Source: the human T2T-CHM13v2.0 reference genome, Homo sapiens
DNA length: 64,000 nt
Direction: 5' to 3' (one strand)
NCBI RefSeq assembly: GCF_009914755.1
Contig: NC_060947.1
The notes under the pieces were generated by a model. That model saw only the letters and a program-made list of their open reading frames with translations, was not told the DNA's origin and ran no database searches. Both the position numbers and the translations under genes were made by a program. Positions 26,576 to 41,087 of the stretch are shown here, in pieces. Numbering within the stretch: position 1 is the stretch's first letter; the number at the start of each line of letters is the position of its first letter.

Positions 26576-26767
26576 GAGAAAAATAAAAGTTTTATCTTAC
26601 CTTCAATTATTTATCCAGCAATGGTTTTTATTTCTTTATGCAGGCTCAAGTTTCTTACGTATATCATTTAAGTTCTTTCTGTATAACTTAACATTTTTGT
26701 AAGGTAGGTCTAGTAGCAACAAATAGCCTCAATTTTCATCTGAAAAGGTCTTTATTTCTACTTCACA

Positions 26768-27640
26768 ATTTTTATTATGATAAAACACCTAACATAAGAT
26801 CTACCTCTTAACAAACATTTAATTATACCAAAGAATATTGTTAACTATAGGTACAATGTTGTATAGCAAATGTTTAGAACTTATTTATCTTTTATTACTG
26901 AAACTTTATACCTATTGGTCAGCAACTTACCATTTTTCTTTCTAGAATCTCCTGGCAACCACCATTCCATACTTTCTTTCTATGACTTTCACTATCTTAC
27001 ATAACTCAGATAAGTAGAATCATGCAATATTAGCCCTTCTTTTACCGGGTTATTTAACTTACTATAATATCCCTAATGCTCATGTGTGTACGTGTGTTGT
27101 TTCAAATGGAAGGATCTCCGTTTTATTCAGGGCTAAATAATATTATATCTATATGCCACATTTTGTTTATCTACTCATCTATCGATGAACACAAGGTTTT
27201 TTTTATGTCTCAGATATTATTAATAATGTTGCAATGCACATGGAAGTGCACATTTTTTCCCAAGATACTCATTTCAATTGTTTTCGATATATATCCAGAA
27301 GACGGATTATTGGATTATATGGAAATTCTATTTTTAATTATCTTAGTAACACCTATATTGTTTTCCATAATGGCTATACCAATTTACATTTTCAGCAACA
27401 GCGTAGGGAGCTCCCTTTTCTCCAAAGTCTCTACAACACTGGCTATCATTTTTTATGACAGCAACCCTAACAGATGTTAGTTAGATGATATCTCATAGAG
27501 TATTTATTTGTGTTTTCCTGATAATTAGTGATATTGAGGATTGTTTTATGTATTTGTTGGCCATCTTAATGTCTTCTTTGGAGAAAGGTCTATTGAGGTT
27601 CTTTGTTCATTTTTAAATCAGATTACTTGCTTATTTGCTA
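26768..27640 (-). mobile_element. L1MA8/9-like 3' end
   Basis: aacataagatctacctcttaacaa...ttgttaactataggtacaatgttgtatagc. Confidence 0.75.
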
Positions 27641-27644
27641 TTAA

Positions 27645-28325
27645 CCTCTTATCAGAGCCATTGCTGCACTCTAAATCATGGCTTCATGGCCACTCTGCAC
27701 ATTTCATGCCTAGAATACTGGTGATTTTGCTGCAAATGAAACACATATATCCTGTTTGCAAGTGTCACTGCAGCTATGTGCATGCCCATGCTTCACAACC
27801 CAGCTTTCCAGATGCTTCAAAAACACCTGTGTCTTGCTAACCATCACCAATGTGGCAATTAAAAAAATGCACTCCAGCCACTCATGTCACTCCTGCACTG
27901 GACCCCAGAGACATTGTCCATCAAAGTATGCCCACACTCCTGACTCTAGCTTCATGGCTTTTAATTGAGCACCATGCACTGGACACCAGTAACACCAACA
28001 CTGCTGACACAACCATGAGCTACACCTGACACCAAGAGGGATGCCATCAGCCATGACTTCCCTTTTAAGAGTAAAAGAGATCAATACCCTGACAGACTTC
28101 TCCATGAAAGACCCAACATGCCTCACCATTTCTGTGGACACCCACATAATTGGCTACTGATAAGCTCTTCAATATTGCCAAGGTTAACCTCATCTGACAA
28201 GGCTGCACAAAGACTACATTGCTGTGCTCCCCTAACAACAAGAATTGTCACACCCAACCCAGATGGTGACCTTGCATCCACCTACACGTGAAGGTCTTTC
28301 CCCACAAAATCAGTCTATATAGGTA
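27645..28325 (+). mobile_element. Old L1M 5' UTR fragment
   Basis: C-rich segment ending gaaggtctttccccacaaaatcagtctata, typical of L1M 5' UTRs. Confidence 0.5.
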
Positions 28326-28329
28326 TATG

Positions 28330-31038
28330 CACAGCAAAATGACCAAATAGAAGCATTCACCAATTGTCTTCCACACAGGAACACAAAACTGAACAACTGT
28401 ACACATAAAAAAGCACATTTATAAGAACCAAAATTTAGAATCTCCAAGGCAGTACCTCTACAAGTCTGAATGAGCCACAGAATTGGGCTTGGGGTGCCCC
28501 CTAATTCAGATATAGCTGCAGTGACCAAAAACTCAAACTGAGACACTCAAGTCCCGTTGAATACCTGGAAAGCCTTCCCAAGAAGGACACATACAAACAA
28601 GCCCAGATTGTGATGACCATAATTCTTAACCCTTCAATGCCCAGACACAAACAAAAATTCAGAAGCATCAAGACCAACCAGGAAAACATGATCTCACCAA
28701 AAGAACTAAATAAGGCAGGCACCAGAAACCAATCTTTAAAAAAAAAAATACAGATATGTGACATTTTAGACAGAAAATTCCAAATAGCTATTTTGGGGGA
28801 ACGCAATGAAAATCAAGATAACACAGAGAATACATTGAAAATGTCATCATACAAATTTTAGAAACATATTGAAATAATTAAGCAGTATCAAGCAGAAATT
28901 CTGGAGTTGAAAATGCAATTGATATACAAAAGAAAGCATCGGAGTCTCTTAACAGCAGAATTGGTCAAGCTGAAGAAAGAATTAGTGACCTTGAAAATAG
29001 GCTCTTTGAAAACACACAGTCAGAGGAGACAATAAAAAGAATAAAAAAGACTGACACATGCACACAAGATCTAGAAAGTAGCCTTAAAAGGGAAATCTAA
29101 GAGGCATTGGCCTTAAAGAAGAGGTAGAAAGATAGATAAGGGTAGAAAGTTTATTCAAAGGGATAATAACAAAGAACATCCCATAGAAAAATATATTAAT
29201 ATGCAAGTATAAAGCTAAAGAACATCAAGCAGATTTAACCCAAATAAGACTACCACAAGACATTTAATAATCAAACTCCCAAAGTTCAAGAAGAACAGAC
29301 CCTAAAAGCAGCAATAGAAAAGAAACAAATAACATTAAATGGAGCTCCAATATGTCTGGCAGCAAATCTTTCCATGGAAATCTTACCAGGTAGGAGAGCA
29401 TGACAGGACATATTAAAAATACTGAAGAAAAAAACCCTGCATCCTAGAATAGTATATTCAGGGAAAATATCCTTCAAACATGAAGGAGAAATAAATACTA
29501 CCTCAGACAAACAAAAGCTAAGGTATTTCATAACCACCAGACCTGTCTTACAAGAAATGCTAAAGGAAGTTCTTCAACCTGAAAGAAAATGATGTTACTC
29601 CTGGGTAATAGTAAGTACACAGAAAATCACAGAATATTATAACACTGTAATTGTGCTCTGCAAACTATTCATACCTTGAGTAGAAAGACCAAATATTGAA
29701 GCAATCAAAATAGTAACTGCAATAACTTTTGAAGACATAGATAGTAGAAGATATAAGTGGAAACAACAAAAAGGTCAAAAGCAGGAGGATGAAGTTAAAG
29801 TGTAGTGTTTTATTTGTTTATTTTTCCTTGCTTGTTGGTTAGCTAGATTGTTTATGCAATCAGTGTTAAGTTGTCATTAAGTTTAAAATAATGTGTTATT
29901 ATTTGCAATCCTCATGGTAACTTCAAATTTAAAAAAAAACATACAACAGATACACAAAAAGTAAAAGCAAAAAATGAGAACATACCACCAGAAAAAAATC
30001 ATCTTTACTAAAAGGAACATAGGAAGGAAGGAAATGAAGGGAGAGAAGACCACAATAATGGAAAACAAATTAAAATATGGCAGGAGTAAGCTCTTACTTA
30101 CCAATAATAACATTGAATTTAATCATACTGAACAATCCAATCAAAAGACATAGAGTGGCTGAATGGATGAGAAAATAACACCCAACCATCTGTTACCAAC
30201 AAGAAACACACTTCACCTATAAGGAAATACATAGAATGAAAATAAAGGGATGGAAAAAGATATTCCATGAAAATAGGAACCAAAAAAAAAAAAAAGAGCA
30301 GAGCTAGCTCTATTTAGACAAAATAGATTTCAAGACAAAAACTATAAAAATAGACAATGAAGGTCATTATATACAGATAAAGGGGTCAATTTGGCGAAAA
30401 GTTATAACAAGCTTAAGTATATAGTCATCCAACACTGGAACATCCAGATATATAAAGCAAATATTACTAGAGCTTAAAACAGTTAGATACCAGCATCATA
30501 ATAACTGGAGACTTCAACACCACACTTTCAGCATTGGACAGATCATCCAAACGGTACATCAATAAAGAAATATCGGACGATCTGCACTATACACCAAATA
30601 GACCTCATAGATATTTACAAAACAGTTTATCCAACAGCAACAGAATACACATTCTTCTCAGCATGTGGATCATTCTCAAGAATAGACCATATGTTTGGAC
30701 ACAATACAAGTCTTAAAAAATAAAAAAAGGAAATTATATCAAATATCTTCTCAGACAACAATTGAATAAAGCAAGAAATCAATAGCAAGAGGAATTTTGG
30801 AAACTATATAAAGACACGAAAATTAAACAATATACTCCTGAATGACCTGTGGGTCAATGAAGAAATTAAGAAGAAAATTTAAATATTTATTGAAACAAAT
30901 AATAATAGAAACACAATATGCCAGTACCTATGGGGTACAGCAAAAACAGTTCTAAGAGAAAAGTTTATACCTATAGGCACCTATATCAAAAAGATTTTTT
31001 TAAAAAAAACTTCTAATAAATCACCTAATGATACATTT
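28330..31038 (+). mobile_element. L1MA-type element: 5' UTR (internally deleted near 28425), ORF1, ORF2 endonuclease
   Basis: QENMISPKELNKA...ICDILDRKFQIAIL; MDRSSKRYINKEI; resumes at 39392. Confidence 0.85.
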
Positions 31039-32581
31039 CATTTAGGTTCAGGGATACATGTGCAGGTTTGTTAGATAAACTTGTGTCATGGGGGTTTGTT
31101 GTACAGTTTATTTTATCACCCAGGTGCAAAGCCCACTACCCATTAGTTATTTTTTGTGTTCCTCTCCCTCCTCCCACACTTCACCCTCTGATAGACCCCG
31201 TGTCTGTCGTTCCCCTCTTTTTGTCCATGTGTTCTCATCATTTAGCTCCCACTTAACATGAGAACATGCGATATTTCATTTTCTGTTTCTGTGTCGGTGT
31301 GCTAAAGATAATGGCCACCAGCTCCACACGTGCTCCTACAAAGAACATTATCTTATTCTTTTTATGGCTGCATAGTATTCCATGATGAACATGTACCATA
31401 TTTTCTTCATCTACTTATACCATTGATGGGCATTTAGTTGATTCCACGTCTTTGCTTTTGTAAATAGTCCTGCAATGAACATACCTGTGCATGTCTTTAT
31501 GATAGAACAATTTGTATTCCTTTGGATATATATACAGTAATGGGATCACTGGGTTGCCTAGTAGTTCGGTTTTTAGCTCTTTGAGGAATATACAAACTTT
31601 TTTCAACAATGGTTGAACTAATTTACACTACCACCAACAGTGCATAAGCATTCTCTTCTCTCCGAAACCTCAAATATCATTGTGATTTTGATTTGCATTT
31701 CCCTAATGATCAGTGATGTTGAGCATTTTCTCATACACTTGTTGGCTGCACGTATGTCTTATTTTGAAAAGTGTCTATTCATGCCCTTTGCCCACTTTTT
31801 AATTTTTTTTTGGTAAGTATGTTTAAGCTTCTTATAGATGCTGTATATTAGACCTTTGTCAGATGCACAAGTGACAAATATTTTCACCCATTCTTTAAGT
31901 TGTCTGTTTACTCTGTTCATAATGTCTTGCTTTGTAGAAGCTCTTAAGTTTAATTAGATCCCATTTGTAAATTCTTGCCTTTGTTCCAATTGCTTTTGGC
32001 ATTTCCGTCATGAAATCTTTGCCAGTTCCTATATCCAGAATGGTATTGCCTAGGTTGTCCTCCAGTGTTTTTGTAGTTTTGGGTTTTACATTTTAGTCTT
32101 TAATCCAACTGGAGTTGAGTTTTGTATACAGTGAAAGGTAAGGGGTCCAATTTCAATCTTCTACATATGGCTAGCCAGTTATCCCCACACCATTTATTGA
32201 ATAAGGAGTCATTTCTCCATTGCTTGTTTTTGTCAGCTTTGTCAAAGATCAGCTGGTTGTAGGCATGCAGCTTTGTTTCTGGGCTCTCTATTCTGTTCCA
32301 TTGTTCTATGTGTTTGTTTTTGTACCAGTACTATGCTGTTTTAGTTACTGGAGCCTTGCGGTATAGTTTTAAGTCAAGTAACATGATGCCTCCAGTTTTG
32401 TTCTTTTTGCTTATAACTGTCTTGGCTAGTCAGGCTCTATTTTTGGTTTGATATAAATTTTAAAATACTTTTTCCAGTTCTGTCAAAAATGTCATTGGTA
32501 GTTTGATAGAAATATCATTCAATCTGTAAATTGCTTTTTGCAGTATGGCCATTCTAATGATATTAATTCTTCCTATCCATG

Positions 32582-32950
32582 TGTATTAGTCTATTCTCAC
32601 ACTGCTAGAAAGAAATACCTGAGACTGGGTAACTTACAAAGGAAAGAGGTTTAATTGACTCACAGTTCCACATGGCTGGGGAGGCCTCAGGCAACTTAAA
32701 ATCATGGCTGAGGGGGGTAGCAGGCACCTTCCTCACAAAGCAGCAAGAGAAAGAAGTATGAAGAAAGTGAAGGAGGAAGAGCCATTTATAAAACCACTGG
32801 ATCTCCTGAGAACTCACTCACTATCATGAGCACAGAATGGGGGAATTTGCCCCCATGATTTAGTCACCTCCAACCAGGTATCTCCCTCAGCAACTGGGGA
32901 TTACAATTTGAGATGAGATTTGGAAGGGAACACAAAGCCAAATTATATCA
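32582..32950 (-). mobile_element. THE1D-like solo LTR (ERVL-MaLR)
   Basis: tgtattagtc...tatca, 369 bp; TSD ccatg/ccatt. Confidence 0.85.
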
Positions 32951-35899
32951 CCATTAGAATAAAATGTTTTTTCATTTGTTGTGTCATTTCTGATTTATTT
33001 CAGCAGCTTTTTGTAATTCTTATTGTAGATATCTTTCACCTCCTTGGTTAGCTGTGCTCATAGATATTATATGATTTTTGTGGCAATTGTGAATGGAATT
33101 ACATTCCTGATTTGGATCTTGGCTTGGTTGTTGTTGGTGTATAGGACTGCTAGTGATTTTTGTACATTGATTTGGTATTCTGAAAGTTTGTTGAAGTTCA
33201 TTATGAGCTTTAGAAGCTTTTGGACCAAGACTATGGGGTTTTCCAGATGAAGAATCATGTCTTCTGCAAACAGGGATAGCGTCACTTCCTCTTTTCCTAT
33301 TTTGATGTCTTTTATTTCTTTCTTTTACCTAATTGCTCTGGCTAGGACTTCTAATACTATGTTGAATAGGAGTGGTTAGAGAGAACATCCTTGTTTTGTG
33401 CCATTTTTGAAGGGGAATGTTTTAAGCTTTAGTCTATTCAGTATGATGTTGGCTATGGGGTTTTCGTAGATGGAACTTATTATTTTGAAATATTTTACTT
33501 CAATACACAGTTTGTTGAGAGTTTTTAACACGAAGAGATGTTGAATATTATTAAAAGCCCTTTCTGCATCTATTGAGATGATCATGTATGTGGTTTTTGT
33601 CTTTAGTTCTGTTTATTTAATGAATCATGTTTATTGATATGCATATGTTATAGAAAACTTGCATCCCAGGGATAAAGCCTACTTAATTGTTCTGGATTAG
33701 AATTTGATGTGCTGCTGGATTCAATTTGCTAGTATTTTGTTAAGAATTTTTGCATCTATGTTCATAAAAGATATTTTCCTGAAGTTTTCTGTTTGTTGAG
33801 TCTCTGCAGGATTTACTATCAGGATTATTCTGGCCTCATATAATGAATGAGGGAGGAGTCCTTCCTCCTCAAGGTTTTGGAATTTTTTCGGTAGAAATGG
33901 TAACAGCTGTTTTTTGAACATCTGGTAGAATTCAGTTGCAAATCCATCTCATCCCAGGCTTTTTTTGGTTGATAGGCTCTGTATTACCGATTCAATTTTG
34001 GAGCTCATTATTGGTCTGTTCAGGGATACAGTTTCTTCCTGGTTCTGTCTTGGGAGGGCATACATGTCCAGGAATTTATGCATTTCCTTCATATTTTCTA
34101 GTTTGTGTGCATAGAAGTGTTCACAATAGTCTCTGATTGTTATTTGCATTTCTGTGGGGTTAGTGGTAGTATCTCCTTTGTTGTTTCTAATTGTGTTTAT
34201 TTGGATTTTCTCTGTTTCTTTTTTTATTAGTCTAGCTAGCAATCTATCTTATTTTTTTTTTCTTTCAAAAGCCAGCTCCTAGCTTCATTGGTCTTTTAAA
34301 AGGTTATTCATGTCTCAATCTCCTTCAGTTCAGGTCTGATTTTGGTCCTGTTTTGTCTTCTGTTAGTTTTGAGGTTGGTTTTCTCTTGCTTCTGTAGTTC
34401 TTTTAGCTATAATGTTTGTTAACTTGAGGTCTTTTTAACTTCTTCATGTGGGTGTCTAGTGCTATAAATTTCCCTCTTAATACTGCCTTAGATGCATTCC
34501 AGTGATTCTCCTATGTTGTATCATTATTTTCATTAGCTTTTTTTTAAAAATCTTGATTTATGCCTTAATTTTATTATTTACTCAAAAGTCATCCTGGGAC
34601 AGGTTGTTTAATTTCAAAGTTTGTATGGTTTTGAGTAATTTTCTTAGTCTTGAATTCTATTTTTATTGTGCTGTGACTCAAGAAAGTGATTGCTATAATT
34701 TTGGGTTTTTTGTATTTCCTGAGATTTCTTTTATGTCCAACTGTGTGGTCATAGTGATTTGAGTATGTACCATGTGGCAATGGGAAGAATGTATATTCTG
34801 TTGTTTCAGGGTGGGGAGTTTTGTAAATGTCTATCAGATCCATTTGGTCCATTGTTGAGTTTAGGTCCTAAATATCTTTGTTAATTTTCTGCCTCGATGA
34901 ACTAATACTGTCAGTGGGGTGTTGAAGTCTCCCACTGTTACAGCGTTAGAATGTAAGACTTTTTGAAGGTGTCTAAGATCTTGCTTTATGGATCTGTGGG
35001 CTCCTGTGTTGAGTGTACAGAGATTTAAGATAGCTATGTCTTCTTGTTTAATTAACCCATTATGATATAATACTCGATTTGTCTTTTTAGATCTTTGTTG
35101 GTTTAAAGCCTGTTTTGTCTGAATTTAGGATTCTGACCCCTGATTTTTTCTGTTTTTCATTTGCTTGGTAGAATTTTATTCATCCCTTTGTTTTGAGCCT
35201 ATGCGTGTCATGGCATGTGAGATGGTTCTTTTGAAGACAGCATACCATTGGGTCTTTCTCCTTTATCCACCTTGCCACAGTGTGCCTTTTAAAATTGGGG
35301 CTTTTAGCCCATTTATATTCAAGATTAGTATTGATATGTGTTGATTTATTCTGTTATCATGTTGTTGGTTATTATGTTAATTTGTTAATATGATTGCTTT
35401 ATAGTGCCACTGGTCTCTGTACTTAAATGTGCTTTTGCAGTGGCTGGTAATGGTATATTCTTTCTATATTTAGTGCTTCTTTTAGAAACTCTTGAAAGGC
35501 AGTTCTGGTGGTAATAAATTCCGTCAGCATTTGCTTGTCCGAAAATGATTTAATTTTTCCTTCACTTATGAAGTTTAATTTGGCTGGGTATGAAATTCTT
35601 TGTTCTTTTTTTTTTTAATGTTGAAAATAGGCCCCTGACCTTGGGCTTGTAGGTTGCCTGCTGAGAGTGTCACTGTTAGTCTGAAGGTCTAAAGAGCTTC
35701 CCTTTGTAAGTGACTGTTTTTTTTCCTTTCTAGCTGCCTTTAGCAGTATTTCTTTTATTTCAACCTTGGATAATCTGATGATTATATGTCTTGGGGATGA
35801 TCTTCTTATGAAGTATTTTGTGAGGATTCTCTGTATTCCTTAAATTTAAATGCTGGCCCCTCTAGCAAGGTTGAGGAAGTTCTCATGGATGTTATCTTG

Positions 35900-38178
35900 T
35901 GATATGGTTTGGCTGTGCCTCCATCCAAATCTCATTTTGAATTGTAGATCCCATAATTCCCTCATGTAGTTGGAGGGATCCAGTGGGATATGATTGAATC
36001 ATGGGGTCAGTATCCCCCATACTGTTCTCATGGTAGTGAATAAGTGGCATGAGATCTGATGGTTTTATAAGGATGAACCCTTTTTGCTTGGCTCTCATTC
36101 TCTTCTCTTGTCTGTCACCATGTGCTATGTGGCTTTCACCTTCTGCCATGATTGTGAGGCCTCCCCAGCCATGGGAAACTGTGAGTCCATTAAACCTCTT
36201 TCTTTTGAAGTTTCCTAGTCTTGAGTATATCTTTATCAGCAGCATAAAACCAGGCTAATATAGTAAATTGGTACCAGTAGAGTGCAGCACTATAAAAAAG
36301 ATACCTGAAAATGTAGAAGCGAGTTTGGAATTGAGTAACAGGCAGAGGGTGAAGACAGGAAAATGTGGGAAAGTTTGAAACTCCCTAGAGACTTGTTGAA
36401 TGACTTTGACAAAAATGCTGATAATGATATGGACAAAGAAATCCAGGCTGAGGTGGTCTCAGATGGAGATTAGGAACTTATTGGCAACTGGAACAAAGGT
36501 GACTCTTGTTATGTTTTAGCAAAGAGACTGGCAGGATTGTGCCCCTGCCCTAGAGATTTGTGGAACTTTGAACTTGAGAGAGATGATTTAGGTTATCTGG
36601 CAGAAGACATTTCTAAGCAGCAAAGCATTGAAGAGGTGACTTGGGTGCTGTTAAAAGCATTCAGTTTTAAAAGGGAAACAGAGCATAAAAGTTCGAAAAT
36701 TTGCAGCCTGACAATGCGAAAGAAAAGAAAATCCCATTTTCTGGGGAGAAATTCAAGCCAGCTGTAGAAATTTGCATAAATAACTAGGAGCTGAATGTCA
36801 ATCTTCAAGACAATGGGGAAAATATTTCCAGGGCATGTCAGAGGTCTTCATGGCAGCACCTCCCAACATGGGCCTGAAGCCTAGGAGAAAAAAATGGTTT
36901 TGTGGGCTGGGCCTAGGGTCCCCGTGCCATGTGCAGCACAGGGTCTTGGTGCCCTGTGTCCCAGCTGCTCCAGACACAGTTTACAGGGGCCAATGTAGAG
37001 CTCAGGCTGTGGCTTCAGAGGGTGCAAGTCCCAAGCCTTGGTAGCTTCCACATGGTGTCGAGCCTGAAAGTACACAGAAGTCCAGAAGTGGGGTTTGGGA
37101 ACCTCCACCTAGATTTCAGAGGATGTGTGGAAATGCCTGGATGTCCAGGAAGAAGTTTGCTGTAGGGGCAGGGTCCTCATGGAGAACCTCTGCTAGGGCA
37201 ATGCAGAAGGAAATGTTAGTTTGGAGCCCCCAAACAGAGTTTCTACTGGGTCTTTGCCTAGTGGAGCTGTGAGAAGAGGGGCACTCTTCTCCAGACCCCA
37301 GAATGGTAGGTCCACCAACAGCTTGCATTGTGAGCCTGGAAAAGCTGCAGACACTCAATGCAAGCCCATGAAAGCAGCTGGGAGGGAGGCTGTACCCTGC
37401 AAAGACACAGGGGTGGAGCTTCCCAAGACCGTGGGAAAGCACCTCTTGCATTAGCGTGACCTGGATGTGAGACATGGAGTCAAAGGAGATTATGTTGGAA
37501 ATTTAATATTTGACTGTCCTGCTGGATTTTGGACTTGCATGGGGCTTGTAGCCCCTTTGTTTTGGCCAATTTCTCCCATTTGGAATAGCTATATTTACCC
37601 AATGCCTGTATCCCCATTGTATCTAGGAAGTAAGTAACATGCTTTTATTTTTGAGGCTCATAGGTGAAAGAGACTTGCCTTGTTTCAGATGAGACTTTGG
37701 ACTATGGACTTTTGAGTTAATGGTAAAATGAGTTAAGATTTTGGGGGACTGTTGGGAAGGCATGATTGGTTTTGAAATTTGAGGACATAAGATTTGGGAG
37801 GGGCCGGGGGGGAAAGATATGGTTTGACTGTGCCTCCACCCAAATCTCATCTTGAATTATAGCTCCCATAATTCCCTTAAGTTGTGGGAGGGACTCAGTG
37901 GGAAACGATTGAATCATAGGGGCAGTTTCCCCCATACTATTCTCATGGTAGTGAATAAGTCTCACAAGATCTAATGGTTTTATAAGAAGAAACCCCTTTT
38001 GCTTGGGTCTCATTCTCTTCTCTTGTCTGCCACCATGTGAAATGTGCCTTTCACCTTCTGCCATGATTGTGAGGCCTTCACAGCCATGTGAAACTGTGAA
38101 TCCATTAAACCTCTTTCTTCTGTAAATTGCTCAGTCTCAGGTATGTCTTTATCAGCAGCATGAAAGCGGACTAATACA
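35900..38178 (+). mobile_element. Complete THE1C-like provirus (LTR 35900-36262, internal 36263-37814, LTR 37815-38178)
   Basis: Two ~364-bp LTRs (tgatatggtttgg...ctaata(c/t)a); THE1-int (CPRDLWNFELERDDLGYLAEDISKQQSI); TSD tcttg/tgctg, each one change from L1 tcctg. Confidence 0.92.
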
Positions 38179-39391
38179 TGCTGAAATATGTTTTTCAAGT
38201 TGCTTCCATTCTCCCCATTTCTTTCAGAGATGCCAATGAGTCATGGAATTGTTCTTTTTACATAATCCCATATTTTTGGAGGTTTTATTCATTCCTTTTT
38301 ATTCCTTTAAAAAATTCTTATCTGACTGTCTTATTTCAGAAAGCCAGTCTTTGAGCCTGAGATTCTCTTCTCTGTTAGGTTTATTCTGCTAACACTTGTA
38401 ATTGCATTATGAAATTATTGGAGTGTGTTTTTCAGTTCTATGAGATTGCTTGCCTTCTTTTCTATACTGCCCTTTTTGTCTGTCGGCTCCTATATTATTT
38501 CACTGTGATTCTTGGCTTCCTTAGATTGGGTTTCAGTGCTCCCCTGAATCTCGATAATCTTTGTTTCTATCTATATTTTTAATTCTATTTCTGTCACTTT
38601 AGCCATCTCAGTTTGGTTAAGAATCATTGCTGGAGATCTACTGCAATCATTTGGAGGAAGGAAGGTACTTAGGCATTTTGACTTTTCAGAGTAATTGTGC
38701 TGGTTCTATCTCATCCTTGTGGGCTAATTTTACTTTCATCTTCAAAGTTGATGTCCTTTGGATGGATTTTTAATAATTTTATCCTATTTGATGACCTTGA
38801 GGATTTCATTGGGTATAAGGTGGGTTCAGTCAACTGTCTTCATTTCTGGAAGATTTTTAGGAGGCCAAGGCCAGCTGAGGATGCTTGGACTGCATTTTCT
38901 AACACTGAGGGACTGATATCGGGCTCTGGCTTTGTTCTCTGGCTCTTTAAGGTTAGGAACCTGCTGTGCTGGAGGGGCCAAGGTGCTTTCCAACCTCTGG
39001 TCACTACATGCTGTTGGATGCTGCCAGCGAAAGCACTTTGTAGCAGTAGGATCCATCCTTGTTCACATGTGCCATCTGCAGTGGCAGTATCATCATTGTG
39101 GCAAGGTGCACACTCATCAGCTGCTGTAGGGTGCTAGCAGGTGCCAGGGTGCCATCCTCCATGTGGGTGTTTACAGCAGTGGCAATGTGGCCTGGGGTGC
39201 GAGGGAGCCACCAGCTACTGCAAACATTTGCACAGGTGGTAGTGTTAGCATGGCTATGGAGCATTTGTGACCGGAGGACTGTGTGTGCCTTCTATGCACA
39301 ATCATGTAGGTGGTCGTGGCCACTCTGGGTGGGGGTAGTTTCACTGTTCTTCATGCCTAGTTTTGCACCTAATTTGCATGACTAATGGAAG

Positions 39392-40853
39392 TAATTATAC
39401 GTTTTAAATAAATAGAAAAGCAGGAGCAAATCAAACCCAAAATTAGGAGAAAAAATAATTAATATTGGACTGCAAATGAATAAATCTGAAATTAAGGACA
39501 CAACGCAAAAGATCAATGATACAAAATTTGTTGTTTTTATAAAAAGAATCAACAAACCTTTAGTCAGACTAACTCCAAAAAAGATAGAAGGCTGAAGTAA
39601 ATAAAATCATAGATGGAAAAGGAGTCATTACAACCAATACCAGAGAAATTCAAAGGGTCATCAGAGGCTACTATGAGCAACTATATGCTAATAAGTTGGA
39701 AAGCCTAGAAGAAATGGATAAATGTCTAGACACATAACCTAACAAGACTGAACAATGAAGGTATCCAAAACTTGAACAGACCAATAACAAGTAATGACAC
39801 TAAAGCCGTAATAAAATTCTCCCAGCCAAGGAAACCCTGAGTCCTGATAGCTTTCATGCTGATTTTTTTCAAACTTTTGAAGAAATAATAGAAATGCCAC
39901 TCAAACTATTCCCCAAAAATAAGGGGGAGGGAGTATTTCCAAAGTTTTTCTATGGGAACATTATTACCCTGATACAAAATGAGACAAAAACACATGAAAC
40001 AATGGAAACTACAAAACAACATCACTGATGGACATTCATGCAAAAGTCTTCAACAAAATACTAGCAAACCAAGTTCAAAAAACACATTAAAAAGACGGTT
40101 AATCATGAACCAAGTGGAATTTATCCCAGGGATGCAAAAATTATTCAACATATGGAAATCAATCAATGTGATATATCATATCAACCCAATGAACAACAAA
40201 ATCGTTAAGATTATTTCAATTGATGCTGCACAAGCATTTGATAAAATTCAACATCTCTTCATGATTAAAAAAACCTCAAAAAATGCTTAAAAAAAGAACA
40301 TAACACAATAAAAGCCATATATGACAGATTCATAGCTACTATCATACAAAATAGGAAAAAACTGAAAGCGTTTCCTCTAAGATCTGGAACATCACAGGAT
40401 GCACACTTTCACCACTGTCATTCAACATAGCAAGACAGTCTTGGAAAGAACAATCAGCCAGGAAAAGAAATAAAGGTCATCTAAATTGGTTAGGAAGAAG
40501 ACAAATTATCATTATTTGCAGATCATACAATCATATATTTGCAAAAAAACCTAAAGACTTCACAAAAAACCTATTAGAACCTATTTAAAAATTGAGTAAC
40601 ATTGCAAGATACAAAATCAACATACAAAAATTAGTAGCACTTCTATATAACAACAGTGAACAATCTGAAAAATAAAGCAATAAAATATTCCCATCTACAA
40701 CAGTTACAAATAAAATAATATACCAAGGGATTAACCAAAGGAGTGAAAGATCTCTGCACTGACAACTACAAATCTTTGATGTCAGAAATTGAAGAAAACA
40801 CCAAAAAATGGAAAGATATTTTATATCAATGGCTTCTTAGAAACAACATTGTT
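39392..40853 (+). mobile_element. Continuation of the + strand L1 ORF2 (RT region)
   Basis: NQVEFIPGMQKLFNIWKSINVI...ISIDAAQAFDKIQH. Confidence 0.85.
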
Positions 40854-41016
40854 AAACATACCTGTGTATGTGTCTTTATAGTAGCATGATTTATAATCCT
40901 TTGTTGTGGCACTATTCACAATAGCAAAGATTTGGAACCAACCCAAATGTCTATCAATGATAGAGTGGATTAAGAAAATGTGGCACATATACACCATGGA
41001 ATACTATGCAGCCATA
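40854..41016 (+). mobile_element. L1PA fragment with a 50-bp 5' inversion, 3' end lost
   Basis: 40854-40903 is the reverse complement of the L1 segment immediately upstream of 40904-41016 (ttgtggcactattcacaatagc...). Confidence 0.8.
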
Positions 41017-41087
41017 GTAGTCCCTCTTTCCAATTCCTAAGATTAATCAGAAGCTTATAATTTTATGCCAGCTGGCAAGGATACCAC

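Larger units (their letters stand above)
22800..26767 (-). mobile_element. Old L1 (L1MC/L1MD-like) ORF2 and inter-ORF region, interrupted
   Basis: KQLYAYKFDNVAEMDQFLER...LGTDGFTVEFYQTF; IDIYKLFHPTAAEYTYF; appears to resume at 42284. Confidence 0.8.
31039..39391 (-). mobile_element. Near-full-length L1PA13-16-like element carrying two THE1 insertions
   Basis: 3' UTR ttaggttcagggatacatgtgcagg; RT fragments [31 protein letters not shown]; 5' UTR ~38.8-39.37 kb; candidate TSD taatgatacattt 31026-31038 / taattatacgttt 39392-39404 (11/13). Confidence 0.85.
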
